In this document: positions 9,947 to 19,062 of the stretch, piece by piece
How the letters are laid out: each line of letters starts with the position of its first letter
Position numbering within the stretch: the stretch's first letter is position 1
NCBI GenBank assembly: GCA_965204375.1
Contig: OZ241986.1
Span: forward strand, 2,496,001-2,560,000
Source of the DNA: Candidatus Latescibacterota bacterium
GTDB taxonomy: Bacteria > Latescibacterota > UBA2968
Reading direction: 5' to 3'
Length of the DNA: 64,000 nucleotides
The notes under the pieces: model-generated
The model's input: the letters and a program-made list of their open reading frames with translations, nothing else
Told to the model about the DNA's origin: nothing
Database searches by the model: none
Translations under genes and position numbers: made by a program

Positions 9947-10390
9947 ATGGCTGGCGATGTGTATAAAATTCAGGACAAAGAGATAAAACCAGACGCGTTG
10001 TACAATGCCGTACTGGCAGACTCGGACGGTGCTGTTACCACATTTGCGGGCGTGGTGCGAGACAATACAAAAGGGCGCGGAACCTCCTACCTGGTCTATG
10101 ATGCGTATAGAGATATGGCAGAAAAGAAAATGCGGGAAATTGGAGATGAGGTAAAAGAAAAGTGGGAGATAGATTGCGTGGGAATATTGCACCGCGTGGG
10201 ACGGTTGGAAATTGGGGAAATCAGCGTGCTAATCGCGATTTCTTCCCCACATCGCAAAGCGTCTTTGGAAGCGTGTCACTACGCGATTGATCGGTTAAAA
10301 CAGACCGTGCCGATCTGGAAAAAAGAAGTGTGGACAGACGGGGGTGAAGCCTGGATCGAGGGCGACCCATCTGCCCTGGCCTCGCGCTGA
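9947..10390 (+). CDS. moaE: Molybdopterin synthase catalytic subunit
   Basis: GAVTTFAGVVRD, HRVGRL, HRK, VPIWKKE. Confidence 0.93.
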   Translation: MAGDVYKIQDKEIKPDALYNAVLADSDGAVTTFAGVVRDNTKGRGTSYLVYDAYRDMAEKKMREIGDEVKEKWEIDCVGILHRVGRLEIGEISVLIAISSPHRKASLEACHYAIDRLKQTVPIWKKEVWTDGGEAWIEGDPSALASR

Positions 10391-10407
10391 GGAAAGGAGT
10401 TCGTTCC

Positions 10408-11778
10408 GTGGACCAAATCACAGTGAAGAACTTCCGATGTTTCCGGGAAAAACAAACCGTCTGCCTGGCACCGCTGACCTTGCTCGTAGGCGAGAACAGT
10501 ACAGGTAAGACTTCTTTTTTGGCCTTAATTCGGGCACTGTGGGATGTCGCGTATTGGCAACGTACCCCGGATTTCAAAGAAGAACCTTATGACCTCGGTA
10601 GCTTCGATGAAATCGCCCACCATCGAGGTGCAAGAGGTGGGCAATCAGATACCTTTGAGGCCGAGTTTCAATCTACAGAAGATGGCTCTTATCGCTTTAA
10701 GGTGACTTTCGCGCGAAACGGAACTGTGCCGATTCCGGTGAGAAGACGCATCGCCGCCAAGAGTGTCTGGATCGAAGATCGTCTCGAAAAGGACCAGACT
10801 TGTCAACTCAGATTTGGGACCCCAAAGGGTGCGTGGCAGCGGCAGTTCCCCGCTTACCCCAGCCCTCGGTTGGATGCAGATCAGGACATACTGCCCCCCT
10901 TTTTCTGGTTTATGAGCATTCTACAGCGTGAGGTTGAAAGCCGAGCAAGCAGATCGCTAACCGCAATGAAAGGCCCTAAGACGCCTACCGACAAAGATTG
11001 GGAACAGATAGAAAAACTTGTTAGTACCCATGAAACAAAAGCCTTTAGTTATCACGAAAAGCGACCCTACGCCAGCGCACCTGTTCGATCCAAACCGCGA
11101 CGGACCTACGACCCTGCGCGTCCAACGCGAGATCCTGAAGGTGATTACATACCTATGTATCTCGCCAATGCGTATTTCCAGAATAAGAGACAATGGAACG
11201 TCCTTAAAGATGCACTCGAAAAGTTTGGGAAAGCGTCCGGCCTTTTCGATGAAATCTCAGTCAAGCCGTTGGGTAAAAAAGATAGTGAACCTTTTCAGGT
11301 GCAAATCAGGAAATTTGGGAAACGGGCAAAGGGGCCGCAGCGCAACTTGATTGATGTCGGCTACGGCGTCAGCCAGGTGCTACCTGTCATAACCGAATTG
11401 CTGCGCCGAGACCTGCGAAGGGATGAAGGGACGAAATCATTACGGCCCATATTTTTGCTACAGCAACCGGAAGTACATCTCCACCCCAGTGCCCAGGCTG
11501 CTTTGGGAAGTTTGTTTTGCCAGATTGCCGGATCAGATCGACAGTTGGTGGTTGAAACGCACAGCGATCACTTGCTCAACAGAGTGCGTATGGATGTCCG
11601 CGACGGTACGACAAACTTAAGCCCCGAGGATGTTTCCATTTTATTTTTTGAGCGCGGCGACCTTGATGTTCGAATTCACTCGCTGAGAATTGACGGAGAG
11701 GGAAATATTGTTGGTGCCCCCGAAGGTTATCGAAAATTCTTTATGGAAGAGACAGCGAGGTCTCTTTGGAAACGATAG
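10408..11778 (+). CDS. ABC-type/AAA ATPase (AAA_15/AAA_21, DUF3696-like C-terminus)
   Basis: Walker A GENSTGKT, signature VGYGVSQ, variant Walker B LLQQPEVHLHP, H-loop ETHS. Confidence 0.85.
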   Translation: MDQITVKNFRCFREKQTVCLAPLTLLVGENSTGKTSFLALIRALWDVAYWQRTPDFKEEPYDLGSFDEIAHHRGARGGQSDTFEAEFQSTEDGSYRFKVTFARNGTVPIPVRRRIAAKSVWIEDRLEKDQTCQLRFGTPKGAWQRQFPAYPSPRLDADQDILPPFFWFMSILQREVESRASRSLTAMKGPKTPTDKDWEQIEKLVSTHETKAFSYHEKRPYASAPVRSKPRRTYDPARPTRDPEGDYIPMYLANAYFQNKRQWNVLKDALEKFGKASGLFDEISVKPLGKKDSEPFQVQIRKFGKRAKGPQRNLIDVGYGVSQVLPVITELLRRDLRRDEGTKSLRPIFLLQQPEVHLHPSAQAALGSLFCQIAGSDRQLVVETHSDHLLNRVRMDVRDGTTNLSPEDVSILFFERGDLDVRIHSLRIDGEGNIVGAPEGYRKFFMEETARSLWKR

Positions 11779-11799
11779 GAACCTTTGGGGAACCGAGGA

Positions 11800-12273
11800 A
11801 TGTGTGCAATTATTGATGCAAATGTCGCGGCTGAAGTGTTTGGCCCTCATACAGGGCAAGCAGGAGAGAAGTTTTTTGATTGGATTAACACGGGAAGGGG
11901 ACGCCTTGTGGTCGGTGGCAAGTTGCTTGAGGAACTCGAGGCGAGTTCGCGAGGTTTCAGAGAGTGGGCACAGGAGGCGATCCTTGCAGGACGGATAATG
12001 CGCTGCAATAATAATGCGGTGACCGAAAAAACGGAAAAACTCCAAAGCGCGAACTCGTGCCGATCTAATGATGCACATATCATTGCCTTAGCCCAGGTCA
12101 GCGGAGCGCGTTTATTATATTCCAACGATGCTGATTTACAGCGGGATTTCAAGGACAAAAACTTGATCGACAGCCCTCGCGGGAAAGTCTATTCGACGCT
12201 TTCCAACGAAAAATTCCAAGATAGTCATAGACGGCTGCTCGGCAATCGCAGTCTATGCAGAAGTGGACAATAG
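11800..12273 (+). CDS. PIN-domain putative ribonuclease
   Basis: IIDAN start, ELE, SNDAHIIALA, LYSNDADL give the PIN acidic tetrad; GAGG RBS. Confidence 0.7.
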   Translation: MCAIIDANVAAEVFGPHTGQAGEKFFDWINTGRGRLVVGGKLLEELEASSRGFREWAQEAILAGRIMRCNNNAVTEKTEKLQSANSCRSNDAHIIALAQVSGARLLYSNDADLQRDFKDKNLIDSPRGKVYSTLSNEKFQDSHRRLLGNRSLCRSGQ

Positions 12274-12345
12274 GTCTGGTGTCTCAAGGAAGGATTTCCG
12301 CAATGACGTCGGGATGAAAGTAGCGGGCATGAAAAAAGAAAAGCG

Positions 12346-12380
12346 AACCGCAGGACACTCTAAGTCCTGCGGTTTTTTTT
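12346..12380 (+). terminator. Intrinsic terminator (possibly bidirectional)
   Basis: AACCGCAGGAC/GTCCTGCGGTT stem followed by a T run, between convergent genes. Confidence 0.85.
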
Positions 12381-12428
12381 ATATTACTTGCAATGCGGTG
12401 TGAAAAAGGCGGTTCATCACTGAATTTT

Positions 12429-12533
12429 TCAATCAGATTTGTGTTCCGAAGAAATAACGATAAAACCAATGACGAACAGAGTCACTATAAACGTCATAAA
12501 CAGAATCATTCCAATGGGCAGCATGCCAACCAT
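12429..12533 (-). CDS. Small single-TM membrane protein, 34 aa (MVGMLPIGMILFMTFIVTLFVIGFIVISSEHKSD)
   Basis: AAGGAG RBS 7 nt before ATG; 41 bp downstream of the NhaC-family gene; below ORF-track cutoff. Confidence 0.65.
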   Translation of the reverse strand: MVGMLPIGMILFMTFIVTLFVIGFIVISSEHKSD

Positions 12534-12574
12534 TGTGTGTCTCCTTTTGGCTTAATGAATTGTAAAAAATTCTA

Positions 12575-14299
12575 TTACGCGGTGAAGAAAGCGACGACGG
12601 TCCAGCAGATAGCGGCGAGGCCGGCAGCGATAGAAGCTTGTGGGATTTGCGTTTTGACGTGATCCATCAGGTCGCAACCTGTACACATAGAACTCAGAAC
12701 CGTAGTATCTGAAATAGGCGAGCACTGATCGCCGTAAACGCTACCATCTATAACAGCGGCAAAACACAGCGTCATAAAAAGTTCGGGATGTGACAGGCCA
12801 TTTGCCGTTGCGACCGCCCAGGCCAGTGGCATAGCCAGTGGGAAAGCAACCGCATACGTGCCCCAACTCGTACCTGTGGAAAAGGCAATCGCCATCGTGA
12901 GAAGTTGGAGCAAAACCGGCAAAATAAAATATGGAATGGTATCCCCGAGTTGCTCAACCAGAAAGATGCCCCCGCCCGTTTCCTTGCTGATGCCCCCTAT
13001 AGTAATGGCGAGCAAGAGAATAACTGAGCCGAGCACCACACCTTTGAGACCATCGTGAAAACCCGCGACAATATCTTTCAACGACATGCCCTTGGCGAGA
13101 GCCATCCCCACAGCTAAGAGAAGCGCGATGCCAAAAGCCCATTGCACATTGGGGGATCCGCTGACAATAAAAGTCCCGATAGCAACGCCTATAAGCGCGC
13201 CCAGAGGCAGGAAAAATTCGAGGACATGCGGCGTGTAGCCTTCGGGCACATTGCTTCCCTGCAATTCTTTGGCACTCAAAGGATCGGCATCGTCGGCGTC
13301 GAGTTGGCCCGTCTCCCGAGAGCGCTGCATAGCCTCCTTGAGTTGCTTGCCCAAAAAGAGGGGTTTTTCAATACTGAGCAAGAACGTACCCAACACGGCA
13401 AAAATCGCGTAAAAGCAGAACGGAACACTTTTAAAGAAGAAGAGAAGACGATCGGCTTCGGTAGCTAAAAAACTGACGCCAGCGACAAAGATAAAAGCTT
13501 GAACATAGCCGGGCCAGGCATTAAAAGCGAGTTGTGAGGCAATCGGTGAAGCGGTCGAATCGACGATGTACGCAAGTTCTTCGTGGCTGATTTTTTCCTC
13601 GTCGGCAATGGGTTTGACAGTCGTACCGACCAGCACCGTACTGACAGTGCCGCCCTGAAAGAAGATGACACCGAGCATCCAGGCAACGAGCTTGGCACTC
13701 TTGGGACCGCGCACAAAACGCACAGTCATAAACTCGGCAAAAGCTTGCGCCGCCCCCGTGCGAGACCATATCCCCATAAGCCCACCCAGGAGCCACAAAT
13801 AGAGCAATAAGATACTCGCGGCACTTGTCGTCGATAATGAGGGAATTAAGACCTCGCCCGTAAAGTCATAGCGGGTCAAAATAAGCGCGCCAGAGACAAT
13901 ACCGCCCAAAAGAGCTGTGACGGGTTCTTTGGTAATCCAGCACAAGAGCACGGCCACCACCGCGGGCAGCAATGACCAGTAGCCCCAGTGGTGTTTTGCG
14001 AGAAGTTGATAATATTTCGTTTCTCCATCCTCTACTGATGAGACAAATTCTTCTTTAATGGGAGGCGTTTCGCTGGAGCCGTGTATTCTCGAGGGATTGA
14101 GTTGGGCTTGTTCAAGCGGCACCGCATCGAAATAGGCGGGTTTGCCTCTGTAGGTGTAATACAGATTGCCGCTGTCGTCTGTGAGCGCGTGTAAGGTGAT
14201 CTTTTCAACAGTCCATGTGGGCGGCACAGTTGACCCCACAATCCACGATACAATTATGGCGACGACAAAAATGACAAAATTGCGAATACCTGTAGGCAT
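12575..14299 (-). CDS. Na+/H+ antiporter NhaC-family transporter
   Basis: [40 protein letters not shown]; ATG 14299 with GGAGG. Confidence 0.85.
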   Translation of the reverse strand: MPTGIRNFVIFVVAIIVSWIVGSTVPPTWTVEKITLHALTDDSGNLYYTYRGKPAYFDAVPLEQAQLNPSRIHGSSETPPIKEEFVSSVEDGETKYYQLLAKHHWGYWSLLPAVVAVLLCWITKEPVTALLGGIVSGALILTRYDFTGEVLIPSLSTTSAASILLLYLWLLGGLMGIWSRTGAAQAFAEFMTVRFVRGPKSAKLVAWMLGVIFFQGGTVSTVLVGTTVKPIADEEKISHEELAYIVDSTASPIASQLAFNAWPGYVQAFIFVAGVSFLATEADRLLFFFKSVPFCFYAIFAVLGTFLLSIEKPLFLGKQLKEAMQRSRETGQLDADDADPLSAKELQGSNVPEGYTPHVLEFFLPLGALIGVAIGTFIVSGSPNVQWAFGIALLLAVGMALAKGMSLKDIVAGFHDGLKGVVLGSVILLLAITIGGISKETGGGIFLVEQLGDTIPYFILPVLLQLLTMAIAFSTGTSWGTYAVAFPLAMPLAWAVATANGLSHPELFMTLCFAAVIDGSVYGDQCSPISDTTVLSSMCTGCDLMDHVKTQIPQASIAAGLAAICWTVVAFFTA

Positions 14300-14421
14300 A
14301 TACTTCCTCCAGAATGTGGGTGTAAAAAACGCGGCGAGAAGACGCACCAAAATAAGGCGGTAAAATGCACTTGTCAATTGCTTTGGCGCGGGATGAACAT
14401 GGAAAAATGGGATAAAACAAG

Positions 14422-14449
14422 TTGACTTTGTGCATAAGTTTGTTACATT
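14422..14449 (+). promoter_or_regulatory. Sigma70-type promoter with extended -10
   Basis: TTGACT-N16-TACATT with TG before the -10. Confidence 0.6.
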
Positions 14450-14552
14450 ATCTTCAAATTTATCTCTTGGCCATGATCACTCCTATTTATGGCCGAAAGG
14501 GTTGTGTGCATGGCGAGATTTTTTTAACGACGCCGGTGGAGAGGAGGGTTTT

Positions 14553-14744
14553 ATGGAGCAAGCGTTTCCACAGTGTTTGAAGTGCAACACGGGTATTTTG
14601 CTACCGCTGTCGGATTATGGGCGCGATGGGGCATCTATCATGTACAAAGCATGGGTATGCAACAATCCCAACTGCGGATTTAATTTGCGGATTGACAACG
14701 GTGAAATTAGCACGGGCCGAGATATTACCGAGTCCTACAAGTAG
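14553..14744 (+). CDS. Small zinc-ribbon protein (63 aa)
   Basis: CLKC...CNNPNC; strong GAGGAG RBS; own promoter and terminator. Confidence 0.75.
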   Translation: MEQAFPQCLKCNTGILLPLSDYGRDGASIMYKAWVCNNPNCGFNLRIDNGEISTGRDITESYK

Positions 14745-14750
14745 AGCTGC

Positions 14751-14789
14751 CATTTCGGTGGGGAATACCTCGCCGAAATGGTTGTTTTT
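14751..14789 (+). terminator. Intrinsic terminator
   Basis: CATTTCGG/CCGAAATG stem followed by GTTGTTTTT. Confidence 0.65.
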
Positions 14790-14904
14790 CCCCTTACCGG
14801 TTTGCCGTTTCACCTTCTCCAAAAAGGGCGGCACCGGTTTCTTTCTTTTTCCCCTTCGTATGCCGATATACTCCCCTTAATTTCCCAACAACTGATACAT
14901 ACTT

Positions 14905-15954
14905 ATGAGTATTTCTGATCGGCCCATTTTAGGTATTGAAACATCCTGCGACGAAACTGCCGCTGCCGTGGTAGCTGATGGGCATATCTATTCCAACGCG
15001 ATTTTTTCCCAAACAGAACACAGTCTCTACGGCGGCGTGGTACCCGAACTGGCATCTCGCAACCACATACGAACACTCCTGCCCGTCGTCGATCAGGCAC
15101 TTTCAGAAGCCGACCTGAAACTGGACGATCTATGTGGTATCGCTGTAACACAGGGACCCGGCCTGGTCGGCTCCCTGCTGGTGGGCATTTCCGTGAGCAA
15201 AGGGCTTGCACTGGGTTCTGGGCTGCCCCTTGTGGGTGTGCATCACATTGAAGGCCATTTATTTGCAGGCAGTATGGCGCATCCCGACCTGGTGCCACCT
15301 TTTATGGCACTCGTGGCTTCAGGAGGGCACACGGAATTGATTTATGTCTGTGCATGGGGCAATTACGAGCGCTGGGGACGTACGCGCGACGATGCCGCAG
15401 GTGAAGCATTTGATAAAGTGGCTAAAATACTGGGGCTATTGCGCGAAGGCGAGGTCACCATGGGCGGACCGCGCATTTCAATGCTCGCCGAAGAGGGAAA
15501 CCCCAATGCGTTTGATTTTCCGCGTGCATTGATCAACGATCCGGGATTTGATTTTAGTTTTAGTGGGCTAAAAACCTCTGTACTCTATCGGATTCGCGAT
15601 TTCCCTGTGGAGGATATTGAAGCTATTCGAGCGAATATTGCGGCGAGTTTTCAGGCGGCTGTGGTCGATGTGCTCGTGGATAAGACACTCAAAGCGGCAC
15701 GGGAAGTAGGTGCAGAGCGAGTATTGCTTTCGGGTGGTGTAGCCGCCAATCGCGCGCTACGGGCACAACTCGCCGACGGGGCGTCCAAACTCGGGATGGA
15801 TGTGTTTTATCCGCCCACGCTCTTGTGCACGGACAATGCGGCGATGATTGCCGGCGCGGGTGCTTTTCGATTGGCGCGAGGTGAAGTTGCCGGAGGCAAT
15901 TTGAATGCGGCCCCACGGTTGCCGCTGCCTGGACTGCGCGAGCGGCAGGTATAA
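14905..15954 (+). CDS. tsaD: tRNA N6-threonylcarbamoyltransferase
   Basis: GIETSCDET, GGVVPELASR, HHIEGH, SGGHT, DDAAGEAFDK, FSFSGLKT, TDNAAMI. Confidence 0.97.
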   Translation: MSISDRPILGIETSCDETAAAVVADGHIYSNAIFSQTEHSLYGGVVPELASRNHIRTLLPVVDQALSEADLKLDDLCGIAVTQGPGLVGSLLVGISVSKGLALGSGLPLVGVHHIEGHLFAGSMAHPDLVPPFMALVASGGHTELIYVCAWGNYERWGRTRDDAAGEAFDKVAKILGLLREGEVTMGGPRISMLAEEGNPNAFDFPRALINDPGFDFSFSGLKTSVLYRIRDFPVEDIEAIRANIAASFQAAVVDVLVDKTLKAAREVGAERVLLSGGVAANRALRAQLADGASKLGMDVFYPPTLLCTDNAAMIAGAGAFRLARGEVAGGNLNAAPRLPLPGLRERQV

Positions 15955-15956
15955 CA

Positions 15957-18101
15957 ATGCTGCGCGATATTGGATTTTCCACCTCAGATGGGTGGCTGTT
16001 ATTAATCGTTGGCTGCGCCGGAATTTATCTCGCTTTTCTAATGTATCGCTCGCGCCTTAAGGGCACACAGCGATTGTTGTTGGGTGTGCGCGTCGCGGCA
16101 CTTGTTTTGCTAATTGGCCTTTTGATGGAGCCGATTCTCGCATTGACATTGCATACGCAGCGTTTGCCCCTAGTCGCCCTGCTCATCGACGACAGCGAAA
16201 GCATGAAAATAGCAGATGGGGATACCGCGCGTTTTGAAGTTGTAAAAGCCGTGCTGGCCGATCACTCACTCAAAAATTTGCGCGATCGTGCACGAGTGAC
16301 GCAGTTTCGGTTTTCCGATGTTTTGACGCACATGCGCGAGGAAGAAGAACTTACATGGGCGGGGCGAGCGAGCGACCTGGCAGGTGCATTAGATGCGTTG
16401 CGCGAGCAAACAATGGGTGAAGGGCTTGCCGCCGTGGTGCTCATTTCAGATGGCGGACAAAATTTGGGTGGGAGCCCCGAGCGGGCAGCGGTTGATCTGG
16501 GCGCGCCAGTAATCGCTGTGGGAACAGGTGACCCGGTCGTACCTAAAGATGTATCCATAGTATCGGCGGTTATCGATCCTCTGGGCTATGTGGGCAGGTC
16601 GCTGGTGATGCAAGTGCGCGTACTTTCTTCTGGATTTGAACGAGTGCGCGAGCGGGTGCGCGTACTCCTGGATGATCGGGAAGTGAGTGCCCAAACCATT
16701 GCGCTAACCGATGGTGAGCAGGCCCTTGAATTTGAGATTCGGCCCGAGCGATCCGGACGGCATGCATTTTCGGTACAAATTGCGGCACAAGCAGACGAGC
16801 GTACGGTGGGCAACAACCGCGTAGTGGTCTCGACAGATGTGCTCGAAAGCCGCGTGCGCATTTTAATACTTGCAGGCAGCCCAGGTGCCGATTTGGGTTA
16901 TTTGCGACGCGTGCTACAAAAAGATGCCAATCTGGAAGTTGAGGTGCTGGTACGCACATCAATGGCCGGGTGGCAAAGAGATGTGCAGCGCGCACTGCGC
17001 ACATTGGACGAGCGCGATATAGTCGCGTTGATCAACGCACCCTACGAAGTGCTTGCAGGTGTACCAGAGCAGGCAATTGTCGCCTTTGTGCAAAAAGGCG
17101 GGGGGCTGTTGGCTCTGGGAGGTGATGCAGCTTTTGATAACGGTTACGCGCACTCGGCATTGGCCGATGTTTTGCCAGTGCAGATTTTGAGGTCGTCAGA
17201 CACATTTCAAGAACGCGCTTTTGCCCTTTTGTTTCCCGATTCTCGCCACCCCATTTTGCGCGTATCAGACGATCCATTGAGCGACCGCGACGCCTGGGAA
17301 GTATTGCCGCCACTTCTATCTTATAATCGCGTAGGGACTGCTGTTTCTAACGCAACTGTGTTGGCACATCATCCCACAGAGCGCGTTGATGGCAAACCGA
17401 TGCCAGTGCTGGCAATTCGCCGCGTGGGCGCGGGAAAAACCGCGATTATAGCCTATCAAACATTTTGGCGTCACGGACTGATGATGTGGGGCGATGGCAA
17501 GACCGATGCCGTGGCACGCGCATTTTGGAAAAATATGGTGCGTTGGCTGGTCACGCGCGACGAGATGTCCCGCATAAAAATCATGACCGAAAAACCCGCG
17601 TATCGAAGCGGCGAAGCGGTCGCGGTGCATGCAAGCGTTTTTGACCACCTGTTGCAACCGCGTTCTGGCGCACGAGTTCTGGCGCAAGTCGGCGACAGTT
17701 TGGGTGTGCGAGAAGTTGTTTTGCGCGATTTGGGCGGTGGACGGTATGCTGGCAATTTGGGGCGTTTCCCACAAGGCGATTACGAGCTTCAGGTGCAGGC
17801 ACGGGCCAATGATGGGGACCTGGGCACGGGCGCGGGTCGTTTTACTGTGGGAAGATACAGCCTGGAATACGAAACCGTGCGCCTGCGCGCCGAACTGCTC
17901 GGCGATATTGCCACGCGCAGTGGTGGGCAATATGTGAGACCTGGTGATCTGAAAGCCGTACTCGATTCGCTTGTGTTGGCTCCTGAACCTGTTGTCGCCC
18001 ACCACCGGGTCAGATTGTGGGGGCATGAATGGCCGCTTTTTTTCCTGGTGGGGTTGCTGGTATTAGAATGGACGGTTCGACGAAGATTGGGGATGTTATA
18101 A
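15957..18101 (+). CDS. Membrane-anchored vWA plus glutamine amidotransferase-like domain protein
   Basis: N-terminal TMs, DDSESM MIDAS, SDG, GGGLLALGG, C-terminal LEWTVRRR. Confidence 0.7.
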   Translation: MLRDIGFSTSDGWLLLIVGCAGIYLAFLMYRSRLKGTQRLLLGVRVAALVLLIGLLMEPILALTLHTQRLPLVALLIDDSESMKIADGDTARFEVVKAVLADHSLKNLRDRARVTQFRFSDVLTHMREEEELTWAGRASDLAGALDALREQTMGEGLAAVVLISDGGQNLGGSPERAAVDLGAPVIAVGTGDPVVPKDVSIVSAVIDPLGYVGRSLVMQVRVLSSGFERVRERVRVLLDDREVSAQTIALTDGEQALEFEIRPERSGRHAFSVQIAAQADERTVGNNRVVVSTDVLESRVRILILAGSPGADLGYLRRVLQKDANLEVEVLVRTSMAGWQRDVQRALRTLDERDIVALINAPYEVLAGVPEQAIVAFVQKGGGLLALGGDAAFDNGYAHSALADVLPVQILRSSDTFQERAFALLFPDSRHPILRVSDDPLSDRDAWEVLPPLLSYNRVGTAVSNATVLAHHPTERVDGKPMPVLAIRRVGAGKTAIIAYQTFWRHGLMMWGDGKTDAVARAFWKNMVRWLVTRDEMSRIKIMTEKPAYRSGEAVAVHASVFDHLLQPRSGARVLAQVGDSLGVREVVLRDLGGGRYAGNLGRFPQGDYELQVQARANDGDLGTGAGRFTVGRYSLEYETVRLRAELLGDIATRSGGQYVRPGDLKAVLDSLVLAPEPVVAHHRVRLWGHEWPLFFLVGLLVLEWTVRRRLGML

Positions 18102-18102
18102 T

Positions 18103-18960
18103 ATGGATAGAATACAGAATTTAAAAAACAAAATGTATTCAGTAATCAGTGCGCTGTTTTGTTGCACGATCTTGCTGACTATAAAGGCCTCTGCACAAGT
18201 GGTGATCAACGAGGTGATGGCGCGACCCGCCGATGGGCCCGAGTGGGTTGAACTGTACAACCGTTCGCCAGACGCGGTTCACCTATCGGGGTGGACGTTA
18301 TCCGATTTGCGGACAACGGGACAATTTGAAGCAGGTGCGGTCATTGATGGTGGAGGATATGTGATCGTCACACAAGATGCAAATGCTATTGGCCTGCAAT
18401 ATCCTGGCCTCGATGTTCCCATCTTGTCGCTTACCCGCTGGCCCCGACTGAACAATGGGGGCGATGGTCTCATTTTGCGCGATGCGACGGCAACGCTTGT
18501 CGATAGCATCTTTTATCCAGCACAAGCGACTGCCATAAGTCTGGAACGCATTGATCTCACTGTAGTGGGAGATCAAAACAACTGGCTCGACAGCCAGGAT
18601 CCGCAGGGTGCGACCCCTGGAACTGCAAATAGCGTTCGATTTAACAATGACGTATCAGAGTTATCTGTGGTGATTGAACCCAATCCCTTTGTCGATCAAG
18701 TCGCCATTACATATCGGGTGCCCTCCCCCAGACTCCACGCAAATTTGTGGGTGTTTGATCGCACGGGCAGACGCGTGGCATCCTTACTCAAAAGTATTGA
18801 AAGTGGCAGTCAGCGCGTTGTAAATTGGGATGGGAGCAACGATAATGGACAAATTTTGAAGCCCGGTATTTATGTTATCTACCTGGAAGTCAGCACACCA
18901 GAAGGCGAATTATTCCGCGCCCGAAAACCTGTGGTGCTGGCAAAAGGTATAAGCGAATAA
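18103..18960 (+). CDS. Secreted lamin-tail-domain protein with FlgD-Ig/T9SS-like C-terminal domain
   Basis: Signal peptide, VVINEVM, EWVELYN, LNNGGD, TPG.ANS, PNPF, WDG..GIY. Confidence 0.75.
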   Translation: MDRIQNLKNKMYSVISALFCCTILLTIKASAQVVINEVMARPADGPEWVELYNRSPDAVHLSGWTLSDLRTTGQFEAGAVIDGGGYVIVTQDANAIGLQYPGLDVPILSLTRWPRLNNGGDGLILRDATATLVDSIFYPAQATAISLERIDLTVVGDQNNWLDSQDPQGATPGTANSVRFNNDVSELSVVIEPNPFVDQVAITYRVPSPRLHANLWVFDRTGRRVASLLKSIESGSQRVVNWDGSNDNGQILKPGIYVIYLEVSTPEGELFRARKPVVLAKGISE

Positions 18961-19062
18961 AGTGTGGTGTTGGGTGGACTTTTTTCTTCTCACTTCTTAT
19001 TTTTATTTGTCGATGTCCCCACATCGAATCTATTCTCCCCTTTGATGCTGTGAGGAACAAAT

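Noticed and set aside
17316-18026. Long antisense or alternate-frame ORFs (also 27757-28506, 39140-39733, 46042-46611, 47339-47932)
   Set aside because: Shadows of well-supported genes with no recognisable domains
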